NCBI GenBank assembly: GCA_016840085.1
Contig: JAEOTA010000012.1
Span: 132,847 to 196,846, forward strand
DNA: 64,000 nt
Source: Promethearchaeota archaeon
GTDB lineage: Archaea; Asgardarchaeota; Lokiarchaeia; Sigyniarchaeales; SOKP01
Reading direction: 5' to 3'
Positions within the stretch are counted from its first letter, which is position 1; each line of letters opens with the position of its first letter. The translations under genes were made by a program, and so were the position numbers. The notes under the pieces are model-generated. The model had not been told where the DNA came from, did not search any database, and saw only the letters and a program-made list of their open reading frames with translations. Of this stretch, positions 1 through 10,232 are shown in pieces.

Positions 1-156
1 TTATATAAACTACATGAAAAGAGGAGGTTCTAGACTCGGATGATACAAGGGCGAAGGATAACAGCTATAATAGACGTAGAGAACCAATATGTAACACATA
101 ATTATCCCCTTTAATACATAATTAGAAAAAGTGAAGGCATTGATCATCCGAATTAT

Positions 157-363
157 CTACTCCTCTTTTATTGTGCGTCTGCTTTGATTCTCCTCAAACT
201 CCTTATCTGTTTCTATGTTGAAGTCTAAATCACCTCTTAATATGTCTCTAGTCACTACTTCTTGAGTAAGTAAACCTGCATTTGGAAAATCTTCTAATGC
301 CCTTTCCCACGCTTTCTCACACTCTTGATGAGTAAACCCTAAATTATATATCAGAAAAATCAA
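157..363 (-). CDS. Hypothetical protein, probably the C-terminal part of an interrupted gene
   Basis: ORF track. The reading frame continues upstream across a TGA into hydrophobic codons up to ~500. Confidence 0.35.
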   Translation of the reverse strand: MIFLIYNLGFTHQECEKAWERALEDFPNAGLLTQEVVTRDILRGDLDFNIETDKEFEENQSRRTIKEE

Positions 364-595
364 AAATGGAGTTCTTATTTCTTTTTTTTTTAACCAATTT
401 TTAAACTCTCACCTAACTTTTGTTGTTAAAAGCTGATACAATTCATATATGAATAAAGCAACAATAAATACGACAAAATATATTACATATATTAGATCCA
501 TTTTGTTATTCCTCTAACTTGAATAATTTTTCCTCATAATACATCAACATTTCATAAAACCAGAGATACTTATCCTTATATTCGCCCCGATCTAA

Positions 596-796
596 TTATG
601 CGAGGACAATATACATCGTATCGGCATAATACACTTTTCTTTTCCATTTTCTTACTTTTTTCGCGTTATATTTACGCGTTTCCGAAGGATCAGTCATATA
701 TCCTCTTTCTGAGCCACAATGACTACATTCAAATCTCTGGTTCTCGCCAACCCAAGTAAGTTTATAGCAGTTATGACATTTCCATAAATTTTTCAT
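596..796 (-). CDS. Small zinc-ribbon protein
   Basis: CHNC...CSHC (two CxxC); closely packed with its neighbours. Confidence 0.6.
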   Translation of the reverse strand: MKNLWKCHNCYKLTWVGENQRFECSHCGSERGYMTDPSETRKYNAKKVRKWKRKVYYADTMYIVLA

Positions 797-800
797 TTAT

Positions 801-1103
801 CTAACCGAAAGGGTCATTTTTTTTATTATAAAATTTAAGCAAAATCGTATTCTTAGTATCAAGGTTATTGAAATATCTCGATTTGAAATTATAGGTAAGG
901 AACAATTTTAAAAACTGTTGAGAACTCTCTAATTTAGCCTCATACCCAGAATTACATTTTTCAAAAACCAGACCTGTATTTTCTGTAATATGGTCTATTG
1001 CGGCAGAATTAATATTTTTAGCAAGGATAAAGACTTTGGGTAAATCTATGGTATATTCCCTTCCATTTCCATTAATTAATTCTATTTTTTCTGGATTTTC
1101 CAT
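801..1103 (-). CDS. Hypothetical protein
   Basis: 100-aa ATG ORF in a co-directional cluster. Confidence 0.6.
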   Translation of the reverse strand: MENPEKIELINGNGREYTIDLPKVFILAKNINSAAIDHITENTGLVFEKCNSGYEAKLESSQQFLKLFLTYNFKSRYFNNLDTKNTILLKFYNKKNDPFG

Positions 1104-1136
1104 TTTAATACACTTACTTCCAAATATTAAAATTTA

Positions 1137-1451
1137 TTAAAACAGTTTTGTAATCCCGAATCTTCTCAGCCATCGCTCGATTGTACCGAAATATACACCT
1201 TGATTATCTGCAATTTCTTGCCTTGACTTATTTTTGACCACATATTCATTATAAAGCCATTCCTTATTTCGATAGTCGAAATGAGTTTGGATTTTTTTAT
1301 GGAGCTTGAATTTAGAAACCCATGATTGAATAGTTCCAATGCTCGCGTCACATTTTTTTGCTATATCTTTAAGAAATAGATTATTTGTAATATATTGTTC
1401 CGTGAGCCATTCTTTATTTCTATATGTTGATTCTGAAAGATCTGTACTCAT
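1137..1451 (-). CDS. Tandem helix-turn-helix protein (two YRNKEWL-HTH repeats)
   Basis: Internal repeat YRNKEWL..Y.......(D/E)IA......GTI..W...F occurs twice. Confidence 0.75.
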   Translation of the reverse strand: MSTDLSESTYRNKEWLTEQYITNNLFLKDIAKKCDASIGTIQSWVSKFKLHKKIQTHFDYRNKEWLYNEYVVKNKSRQEIADNQGVYFGTIERWLRRFGITKLF

Positions 1452-1588
1452 TTGTCTTTTTCGCCCTCTTTATCTTTATTTGGTTTTACTAACGTCATAA
1501 CGAAATCGTGCCAAGAAAGTTTGCCTTTAGCCTTTTTTAACCTTTCATAATCTTTATTTTCCAGATGGATTAATATTGTCTTTACCAA
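1448..1588 (-). CDS. 46-aa ribbon-helix-helix/antitoxin-like regulator (not in ORF track)
   Basis: Manual translation from TTG: (M)VKTILIHLENKDYERLKKAKGKLSWHDFVMTLVKPNKDKEGEKDK*. Stop overlaps the next ATG (ATGA). Confidence 0.6.
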   Translation of the reverse strand: MVKTILIHLENKDYERLKKAKGKLSWHDFVMTLVKPNKDKEGEKDK

Positions 1589-1635
1589 TTTTATGTCTCT
1601 CGATATTTTTTTATTCAATTTTTAGTTAGATAGTT

Positions 1636-1685
1636 TGATAGATAGAAAGTAATCATTTTAGTATATAAATGTATGCTATCTATCA
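1636..1685. promoter_or_regulatory. Inverted repeat TGATAGATAG...CTATCTATCA flanking a TATA-like box; putative operator
   Basis: 10-bp arms at 1636-1645 and 1676-1685 around TATATAAA, upstream of the RHH gene. Confidence 0.45.
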
Positions 1686-1844
1686 TATACTCGCCATATG
1701 ATCAAAATAAAAAAGATTAAAAAAAAGAAAGTTAGGAATTAATTATGTTATCTAATTTACTTTTTGTGTTATTTTTCGCGAAAAAGATATAGATTTATAT
1801 ACTAAAATTCTGATAAAATTGTAAGAAAAATATATGACTCTTGT

Positions 1845-2126
1845 ATGAATATGGGATGTAAACGAAATTTTGAAACTTTCAAAACACTACTCACAGAAGA
1901 AGCATTAAGGATTGTTTTAGATAAGAACAACTATATTAATTCTCAAAAATGTGCCATCTGTGGTGAAATCGACCCTTGTGGCTTTTTTAAACGTTTCCAT
2001 TTATATTTATATGAAAATACGGACCGCTTTATTACACTCCATTCTAAATGTGTATTCAGAGAAGGTATTTATGAGTCATTGGATGATCTTTTGCAAAATT
2101 TTCAATATATTACGTATATAGATTAA
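1845..2126 (+). CDS. Small Cys/His protein, putative Zn-binding
   Basis: CAICG...LHSKC motif. Confidence 0.5.
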   Translation: MNMGCKRNFETFKTLLTEEALRIVLDKNNYINSQKCAICGEIDPCGFFKRFHLYLYENTDRFITLHSKCVFREGIYESLDDLLQNFQYITYID

Positions 2127-2358
2127 ATCATATTTATGAATCAAAAATATCATTTTATCAGGGGTAGCTTTTTCGTTTACATTTAACATTACTTAGAATA
2201 GGATCTAAAGCATAAACAAAATAAAAGATAATTTATGGGGGTTTTTTAATGTTTAGAGAGACAAAATTATATGACTTGATTCCCTTCGCGAATCAAGGAC
2301 ATTTCTCTAATTATTTAATTATTGGAACACCGGCAAAATAAGGATTAGTGAATAAAAT

Positions 2359-2637
2359 ATGATAATTATAGAATATAGGATAAAAGAACAGAAATTAAAG
2401 CAAGAATATAATTTAGAGAATATATGGGAAAGAAGATTATTGGTTAGCTTTCTGAACACAGCAATTAAGGATGATAATAAAGAAATCCTAGATGTTTATT
2501 TAAAGGAAGAAGCTACTCCAACTATAGAGATTATAGATCATGCACCTGTTAAAAATACTATACTCCCAAGCCATCTACAAGATAGGTTTGATGATATCAA
2601 ACGAAAATTAAAAAATTACAGGAGTTATAACTCATAA
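2359..2637 (+). CDS. Hypothetical protein
   Basis: ATG ORF with protein-like composition. Confidence 0.5.
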   Translation: MIIIEYRIKEQKLKQEYNLENIWERRLLVSFLNTAIKDDNKEILDVYLKEEATPTIEIIDHAPVKNTILPSHLQDRFDDIKRKLKNYRSYNS

Positions 2638-2916
2638 ACCAAGATTCTCGATTTTGAATCTCATCAAATTGATCTGATAATACAGAAACTTACCATCTTT
2701 TACAGGTCTTAGAAAACCTTTCTCTACATAATCGTTTAAAGATTTAAAAAACTTCTTTTTTTTATAATTATTCCTTGTTTTGAATTTGAAGAGCTTATAG
2801 ATGTGTTCGGGCTTTATTATTAAGAGGTTGACGTTTTTTAAATAATGTAAGAAATCTAACACATTCTTATTAATTTTTTTCGACTCTAATAGCTGTTGTT
2901 TTATCGAAATCAACAA
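2632..2916 (-). CDS. Possible winged-helix protein
   Basis: C-terminal LNDYVEKGFLRPVKDGKFLYYQIN resembles a wHTH helix plus wing. Confidence 0.4.
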   Translation of the reverse strand: MLISIKQQLLESKKINKNVLDFLHYLKNVNLLIIKPEHIYKLFKFKTRNNYKKKKFFKSLNDYVEKGFLRPVKDGKFLYYQINLMRFKIENLGL

Positions 2917-3279
2917 ACACCCTTTTTTAGAAAAATATTTTTATTCTATAATAATTTGTTTAATAAGATTATTACAGCATTCCCAATATAAGAGAGGATC
3001 AATCTTATTGCCGTAAAGAATGGGAACGGGTTTGCAATGTGAAAGAAGCTTAGGTTCGATAGCGGTATAACTGATTTTTATCATTAATCCCACTATGTCC
3101 GCAAACAAACCACATGTAGAAAAAATAGACAATAACCGACAAAATAGTTGCCCCTCATTAAGATTGAATGAAGTAAACCAATAAAAACTATAAACCAAGC
3201 GGTTTAAATTCTTATATACAGATATATAATACCACAAAATCAATAGAATTTAAACACCATTTATTAGGTAATTAGAACA

Positions 3280-4509
3280 ATGCATTTACAAAAAAAGTCA
3301 TTTATATTGATCTTTATTGTGGTTATAACTGCTAGTACTGGATTAATTTCCTTTTCTACCGCATGTAATAACAGTGATAACAATACTAATTATGCTGAGT
3401 GGCGCGTCTCTAATAATCAACCATATCTATATGCAAAAGCAGACGATTATTATACTCTCGGTTATTTAGAAGGTCAGAACTTAGCATTTCAAACCGCATG
3501 GATGAAATTAATGATCATGCTTCAGGCTCAAGAGCTTGGTCTCTCATATGATATAGCCGTGTATTATTCGTTAGAGTATCTTGATTATATCCCTGAAGAA
3601 TATATACTTGAAATACAAGGAATTGCCGATGCAATTGATGTTGTATATGTTCCATTTATGGGTCAGCTATATGAAATATCAATTGATTTTATGGATGTTC
3701 TAGCTCAAAATTGCTTCTGGGACATCTATTATGGCAAGATTATTCCTATACTCACAGGATATCCTCAACCACCCTTGATCGTTGGGGGTTGTACCGGTAT
3801 TGCCTCAAAAACAAGGAGTTCTACTGTATTAGGACAGACTCTTGATTTTTCACTTCTTATGCAACCTACAGCCTCTTGGGTATATACCAAAATCAATGGA
3901 AAGAAAGCCTTCTCATTTAGATTGGGAAGCATGTTAGCTATGGGGGGTGTTAATAGATATGGTATATCGGTTTCAGTTAACTTACTCGAAGTGCTTAATG
4001 TAGGATGTGCAGGAAAACCTCTTTCAATAGTGTATAGGGACGTATTAGAAAACGCTAATACTGTAAGAAAAGCTGAGAATATTATACTTACAAACGATTT
4101 CACACTAGGTTGGAATTATATTATAAGAGGAATAAGTTCTATAGTAGCAATCGAGACAATTCCAAACGCTTATAGTATTGAAAGAGTGAAACGAAATCAG
4201 TATGCTTTTGATGCCAATATCTACGAAAATGAACTATTTAAAATGTTTATGATCTTTCCTACTAAATATGTTGAACGCTATAACAGAGTATCTGAGCTAT
4301 GTCAAACCTATAGTCAGGACGGACGATTAACCTATAAAGACATATCCGAAATATACACAGATTCATTAATCTCACGGAGATTTACCTCACCAGATCCTTT
4401 AAGTGTAGGTACAGTAGGCTTTTTCTTTGTCAGAGGCATACGGAGTGTATACTTCGGCTTAGGAAATCCCGCAGACTCACCTTTAGGAGTTATAACCAGA
4501 TTTAACTAA
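3280..4509 (+). CDS. Secreted Ntn-hydrolase, peptidase C45 / acyl-CoA:6-APA acyltransferase family
   Basis: Signal peptide; YTLGYLEG, EIQGIADA, GGCTGI (nucleophile Cys), GQTLD, GGVNRYGI motifs. Confidence 0.85.
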   Translation: MHLQKKSFILIFIVVITASTGLISFSTACNNSDNNTNYAEWRVSNNQPYLYAKADDYYTLGYLEGQNLAFQTAWMKLMIMLQAQELGLSYDIAVYYSLEYLDYIPEEYILEIQGIADAIDVVYVPFMGQLYEISIDFMDVLAQNCFWDIYYGKIIPILTGYPQPPLIVGGCTGIASKTRSSTVLGQTLDFSLLMQPTASWVYTKINGKKAFSFRLGSMLAMGGVNRYGISVSVNLLEVLNVGCAGKPLSIVYRDVLENANTVRKAENIILTNDFTLGWNYIIRGISSIVAIETIPNAYSIERVKRNQYAFDANIYENELFKMFMIFPTKYVERYNRVSELCQTYSQDGRLTYKDISEIYTDSLISRRFTSPDPLSVGTVGFFFVRGIRSVYFGLGNPADSPLGVITRFN

Positions 4510-4720
4510 GAATTAAATATGATTTGGGATTTCTAAAATCTTAAATCCTTTTTTTTTATTTATTATTACTTTCTCAGGAGAAAAATTGAGATTATTAAAG
4601 TAATCTTATAACTATATAATAATGTCTGATATAGAAGAAATAATCAAATTCAAAAATCAAATATCTGATTTTTGTAAGAACTATCGTCAAGAAAAAGGTG
4701 ATTGTTATAATTGCCCTTTA

Positions 4721-5929
4721 TTAATTTAATTTCATTTTTTTTAACTCTACTCTTTTTTTTAAATTCCTTTTTTTGATGATATAATGAACAACTATGAAAT
4801 AGAAAAACATAATTCCTACCACGCTCATTGTAGTAATCGGGATAAGATCCTCAAAATCGAACTCATTAGAACCTTTAATGACTGATATTACCGTTATTTT
4901 AATCTTGTAATCTATTTTTAAATCAAAAGAAGAAGAATAAAAAGGTGTTGTGAAAAAACTATATAAAGTGAGATTGTCAGGGAAAAAAAATCTTGAGCCG
5001 ATGACTTCAGTAAATCGAAGATAATCGATTGTGTTAAAATAATCAAAATATTCTCCGTGCCACGTGGGATCACATTGAATCCACCCAATATTATTGATAT
5101 AATACTCTACCCATGCATGCCTCATAATATCTTTATTGGTATAACTCCACACGTCTCCGACTTTTGGTTTCAGAGTTGGATCATTAGATACCAAGAATCC
5201 TATCACACGTCTAGCGGGAATTCCTTGTATCCTTAATAATGTCACTAATAAACTTGAGAATTCTGAACAATCACCCTTTCTATTTCGATATGTCCAACTA
5301 GCCCCTTTATCTCCTTTGTGAATTTCATAAGTTATAGATTGACTAACCCAGTTGAATATCTTTTTAGCTTTCTCAATGGGATTATCGGTTGACCCAACTA
5401 TACTATGTGAAGCCTTTATCAGTTCAGGATCATTTATATTATAGAGCTGATCTGGTTTTCTACAATATAATTCAAATATCTTAGTGGAATAATCATAAGG
5501 AAGTATATCTTTTTCGTGAATATTGAATTTTACTTTGCTCAATCGTATTTTATATTGATATTTCATAGAGATTTTATCATATTGATATAAAACCATTTTC
5601 ATATAATCAAAAGTATTCGAATAATTATCATTATAAGTCGAGAGCGATTTAAGATTTTTTTCAGAAGGCATTATGAAATTCTTTAACTGAGATTCTTGGT
5701 ATGGGGTTTTATTATTAAGTCGAGCACATTTTAGATAGAGAGGAAAAACCGAATCTTCATTATCTATAGAAAAATCCATTTCAACTCTGTAATCAACGCT
5801 ATTTTGGATAATACCTGAGTTTCCAAGTGTGCTTTCATCATTCAAGGAAAAGAAAGTTAAAAAGCTAATATTAAACAGAATGCAATTTAGTAGTATTGTT
5901 AAGAATAAGAAAAATTCTTTAAATCGCAT
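4721..5929 (-). CDS. Membrane-anchored transglutaminase-like protein
   Basis: GDCSEFS...RIQGIPAR...HAWVEY...WIQCDPT (Cys-His-Asp triad); hydrophobic segments at both termini. Confidence 0.9.
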   Translation of the reverse strand: MRFKEFFLFLTILLNCILFNISFLTFFSLNDESTLGNSGIIQNSVDYRVEMDFSIDNEDSVFPLYLKCARLNNKTPYQESQLKNFIMPSEKNLKSLSTYNDNYSNTFDYMKMVLYQYDKISMKYQYKIRLSKVKFNIHEKDILPYDYSTKIFELYCRKPDQLYNINDPELIKASHSIVGSTDNPIEKAKKIFNWVSQSITYEIHKGDKGASWTYRNRKGDCSEFSSLLVTLLRIQGIPARRVIGFLVSNDPTLKPKVGDVWSYTNKDIMRHAWVEYYINNIGWIQCDPTWHGEYFDYFNTIDYLRFTEVIGSRFFFPDNLTLYSFFTTPFYSSSFDLKIDYKIKITVISVIKGSNEFDFEDLIPITTMSVVGIMFFYFIVVHYIIKKRNLKKRVELKKMKLN

Positions 5930-5984
5930 ACCATATTTTACGCGATTTCCTATTTAAACCCCTAAATTTTAAGAGATGTAGATC

Positions 5985-6542
5985 TTAACTATTTTCCATC
6001 TTTTTTCTCTTTCTATATTCTTTTTGGTATTGTTTCTTCTTTTCTTTGTTCTTTTGATAATACTCTTTTTGATAAGTCAATATTTTCTCTCTATTTTTAT
6101 CTCTGTATTCTTTGTCGTATTCAGCTTTTTTCTCTGTATTTCCTTTAATATATTTCGCTATACGTTCCTTATTTTTTTGGTAGTATTCTCTAAAGTAAGC
6201 CTTTCGTTTTTGGTAATAATTATTCTTTCGTTGCCTATATTTTTTTTGTTGTTTTAAGATTTTTTCCCTATTTTCTCGATAATTCTTTTTAGCACTTTCG
6301 AGTAGTTTTTTCCTGTTTTGTTGGTAATATTTTTTATTGTACTCTTTCTGATATTTTTCTGTTTTTTCCCTATTCCGTTCTTTATAGTCTTTCGTAAATT
6401 CATATGCACATTTTTTACAATAATAATTTAATCCATCTTTAGTGCTAGCTCTTTGGCAAAAATAATCTAAGGTCGTGGGATATAATTTCTTACAACCGCT
6501 ACATCGTTTTTTGTTTTCCTTTGGTTGAATCGGCAAATCCAA
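5985..6542 (-). CDS. Zn-binding protein with K/Y/Q/E-rich helical repeats (N-terminal type seen in viral HNH proteins; no nuclease domain visible)
   Basis: KRCSGC...DGLNYYCKKC followed by YQKEY.KN repeats. Confidence 0.65.
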   Translation of the reverse strand: MDLPIQPKENKKRCSGCKKLYPTTLDYFCQRASTKDGLNYYCKKCAYEFTKDYKERNREKTEKYQKEYNKKYYQQNRKKLLESAKKNYRENREKILKQQKKYRQRKNNYYQKRKAYFREYYQKNKERIAKYIKGNTEKKAEYDKEYRDKNREKILTYQKEYYQKNKEKKKQYQKEYRKRKKMENS

Positions 6543-6829
6543 TATATATTATTCTTTATTTATAGAATTCAAAAGAACTAATAAAAACAAACCATTTTTT
6601 TAGTTTTTTATTGAATTCATATGTTTTATATCAGAAAAGAAAAAACCGTGCTTAAAGACCCCTATATTTAAGTTCATATTCGATCTGTTAAGGACTTGTT
6701 TTATGAATTATGAATAATAGGACTTTTAATTCTATTTTTAAATCTGAAATTGATAATAAAGTGGGATATTTAAATTCCTTAATTATTCAGTTCAAAAAAT
6801 ATAATTTTTCTATATTTGAACAATGTAGG

Positions 6830-6977
6830 AAAGCGAAAATTAGCAAAAGTGGAATTGCTCGTATTTTAAATATATGTATATAGACACTATACCGACGATT
6901 ATATGATCATGAAAATGAATATCAAGAAATTGAACAGAACTTAATAGAAAGTGAAGAAAATGAGCAAAAAATATAGT
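6830..6977 (+). pseudogene. Remnant of a resolvase/Fis-type HTH
   Basis: Manual translation ISKSGIARILNICI*TLYRRL with an internal stop. Confidence 0.35.
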
Positions 6978-7149
6978 TTTAATATTTATCATGAGGAGCG
7001 GCTAAAATGAATTGGGAATATGATTGGTGGTGGTTCCTTCAATGCTATGCAATAACCATCTTTAGACCTTTTTATTATATGGAAGAGATTAAAAAGATTA
7101 AAAGAAGTAAAAAGCATAAATTAGATATTATTCACAAAGGTGAATAGAA

Positions 7150-7611
7150 GTAGCTGAAGAATTTAAAGTAATACTTGAAAGTCTTAAGAAAGAGCCTGTA
7201 GAGAATAAAGTAAATCAGCTTTTTGACGTTATCGAAGGGATGATGCACCTATTCCTAAAAGTTGTTGAAATGGTAGAGACAAACATTATTAGGTTAGATT
7301 CGAAGATAGATGAAAAAATTAAGTTCACAGACACTCAGATTAGGAGACTTGAATTGATGGTTAAGGAAGGAGTCAAATCCGAGATTACCAAGAAGACAGA
7401 GTCAATAGTAAAGGAAATAAAGCCTGAGATCAGAGATATTGAGCCAAAAATAAATCTTGATCAACTTAAACCTCCACCCTCTGTAATTCATGCAAATTCC
7501 TCTATGGTTCAACCAAAAGCCTCTACGAATCTCGTAAGCGGTCATGCTTCTATTCGAGGAGCATTAATAGGAGAATTAAAAGAACTGTTTAAATCGAGAA
7601 GAAAAGAATAA
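7150..7611 (+). CDS. Coiled-coil protein with a PPP linker and a C-terminal WH2-like helix
   Basis: ORF 7240..7611 is open upstream to 7144, with SD-like AAGGTGA before it. C-terminus is LKPPPS...IRGALIGELKELFKSRR. Confidence 0.65.
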   Translation, partial: VAEEFKVILESLKKEPVENKVNQLFDVIEGMMHLFLKVVEMVETNIIRLDSKIDEKIKFTDTQIRRLELMVKEGVKSEITKKTESIVKEIKPEIRDIEPKINLDQLKPPPSVIHANSSMVQPKASTNLVSGHASIRGALIGELKELFKSRRKE

Positions 7612-9037
7612 TATCAAATCTTTTAAACCTTTCACTCAATATCCCTTTCGAGCTGTATTATATAGTTGTTTATTTACTCGTTAATAAAATTATAAGATTA
7701 ATACTAAGCATTATAAAATATCTTGAAAATATTTCTCTTAGTATGTTTAAAATTAATTTAGAAATAGAATTTATGAGAAGCCCTAAAGATTTAAAAAAAA
7801 TAACTTTAGGCTTTGATGACCAAAAAGAATTAACTAAATATGTAGTAAAAAGAGAAAAGCGATTGGATGAATGGTTATAGGGCTAACCGATATGCACACA
7901 ATCACCTTTTTCTTAATTACTATATTACTTTTTTTTTTAAAAATGTTTTTATCAATCTATTTCAATCCATTAATATGCATTAAAATCGATATTTTACGGG
8001 TTTGTATATCATTTAAGATAAAATAATATATTTAGATGATAAAAAACTGCTATAGACCTCCTTTTTATATCCTTAAGAAATGATGTTACATTTTAATGAG
8101 TATTAAGGAAGATGAAGCTCAAATAAAAAAAGAGCTCATTGAGCATCTGAAGAAATATATAAAGCAAGAAGTTAAGGCTCAACTTGAAGAGCTCAAAAAC
8201 CGATACAGAAAAGAGCTTTCTTATTTTAGTTTTCTTTAGTTTTTGTTTTCTGCTAATGATTATAACTCCAAATCTCTGTTATATAACTAATTACACCGAT
8301 TCCTATAAAAGACATTCCTAACTTGTTGATATCCATAATAAGCATTGTTCGTAATTCGAGCGATAGAACCTATACTGATTACTTTTCCTACATCTACCAC
8401 TTTTTCAAATTCACCTTATTATTTCTTTATAATATATTATAAATATTTATGATGATCTATAACTCTTTGCATCTGAAAATATAGAATATCACAATGATAA
8501 ATATATCATAAATATCTTTTATATGTTTATGAAATACCATAATGATATTTGGATATAAAAAGAAATAAATTGAAAATACATATAACAGACCATAAAAAAA
8601 GTTCCCCTATTGTCTTTCATGTTTTATGTTATAATAATAAAACAAGCAAAGATTACTGATTTTTATGATAGCACACTCAATTCTATCGGTCTACACCCTC
8701 TTTTTTTTAGAAAATTCTTAAACAGGTGGCGTAAAAGTTTCTTAATGAATTAAAAGAAGATAATGGTGATCTAAATGATTCGAAAATTACTTATGATGAT
8801 TGATAATTGCTACTATTCATCATCCAAAAAAGTTTGAATCTGTTTTGGTGTTAAGATGTCATACATTTCAGGATATAGTTCTTTTATTTTTTCAAGAAAG
8901 AAACGAAATAAAAAAAGAAAAAGAACCTTATTAAGAAAGAGAAAACTTGAAAATGTGTGTAATTTAAATATCAAAATTCGTATTCTATTTCACATCTAAG
9001 ACCTAATTTCTAAAACACACTAATATAATGCATACCT

Positions 9038-9265
9038 TAGGGGGTTTATAATTTGCCCCCTACTCTTTCTTAAGTATGGTCTTTTTGGTATCCAATAAGC
9101 AAAATGCACATAAAAATCGTGTTCTTTAAATATTAAATTTCGCATCCTATATCAGTTTCAACTTGGTTTATTTCATTTTTAGAACCTTTTAGACTGGCAT
9201 CTAAATGTTGAATATATACAAATCTCAGGGGGGTTTTCAATCATTTCCCCCCTTACTCTTTCTTT
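9038..9265. repeat. Two related G/C-stem hairpins, each followed by TACTCTTTCTT
   Basis: TAGGGGG-N11-CCCCCTA at 9038-9062 and AGGGGGG-N13-CCCCCCT at 9227-9253. Confidence 0.6.
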
Positions 9266-9354
9266 AATACATATCTCGATATTCTTGAGGTTTAAAATAT
9301 TAAGTTTAAATTATATTTCACGAATAAAAATATCTACATGTATATTATCTAACT

Positions 9355-9669
9355 ATGCTTCTCGCTCAGAAAATCTGTATTTTTCCTTCAAATGACCAAC
9401 AAAAAGTATTATGGGGTTTATCCGAGAAGTGTAGATTGCTCTATAATTTTTCTCTTCAAAATAGAAAGCTAAACTGGATTCAAGAGCAAGTGAAACCTAA
9501 GAAAGAAAGAAAATATATAACCTATAATGAGCAGAGCGCAACATTGTCATTATTGAAACAAAAATATCCGCAATATAAGTGGGAATATTCAAAAGTTCTT
9601 CAGCAAGTATTAAAGAAATTAAATGAAATATTATTCAAACTTTATGAATCAGATTTAAGTAAGGAGTAG
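9355..9669 (+). pseudogene. tnpB: Truncated IS200/IS605-family TnpB (N-terminal part only)
   Basis: KICIFPSNDQQ..L...CRLLYN...Q...L..LK..YP.YK..YSKVLQQVL. No RuvC or Zn-finger region follows. Confidence 0.85.
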
Positions 9670-9677
9670 ATAAAAAC

Positions 9678-10115
9678 ATGAGTGAAGAAATAAAGCAAAT
9701 TACTAAGAAATTTTTTCTCAATCTTTCTGAAAAAGAAAAGTGGAACTTCATTGAAACAATGAAGAGGATTATAGAAGATTTGGAAATAAGAGCTAACAAA
9801 AACTGTGAAGAGTGTGAAAAGACAAATCTATCTACACACGATATTAACATCGATCTTTTCTTTGAAGATTGGCGAGAGTGTTCTAACCACTGCGATAACT
9901 GTAGTAGAGAAGATCAGAAACGTATGTGTGATCTTCAATTCCAATTATTCAATCATTTAGCTAATTCCTTTTTAGAATTACACAGGAGACATAATGTTCT
10001 TACTAAAATAGTGCTTAAAAAAGATGAGAGAGGCTCAGAATTATTAGAAGAATTTAAGAAGTTGCATGAAAAAAAGAAAAAATCTGATAAATTAGCAGAT
10101 GACCTTTATCAATAA
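9678..10115 (+). CDS. Cys-rich helical hypothetical protein
   Basis: SD AAGGAG; CEEC and CSNHCDNC motifs. Confidence 0.65.
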   Translation: MSEEIKQITKKFFLNLSEKEKWNFIETMKRIIEDLEIRANKNCEECEKTNLSTHDINIDLFFEDWRECSNHCDNCSREDQKRMCDLQFQLFNHLANSFLELHRRHNVLTKIVLKKDERGSELLEEFKKLHEKKKKSDKLADDLYQ

Positions 10116-10232
10116 GTCTATTGAACTGAAAAATTGCTTTATCTTCTTACCTAATTTGGTGAATACTTCCATTTCTCCATGAGTTCATGTAGAATCTTTG
10201 ATTTATCAATGAAAATAGTAGTACACAGGATA

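Noticed and set aside
2941-3243. 100-aa minus-strand ORF
   Set aside because: No motif; covers the promoter region of the C45 hydrolase; composition not convincing.
3765-4103. Antisense ORFs here and at 1166, 6024, 9635, 18186, 19211, 24054, 25113, 32597, 33156, 39383, 47388-47800, 49050, 53596, 55610, 56841, 59272 and 62880
   Set aside because: They overlap better-supported genes and are shadow frames.
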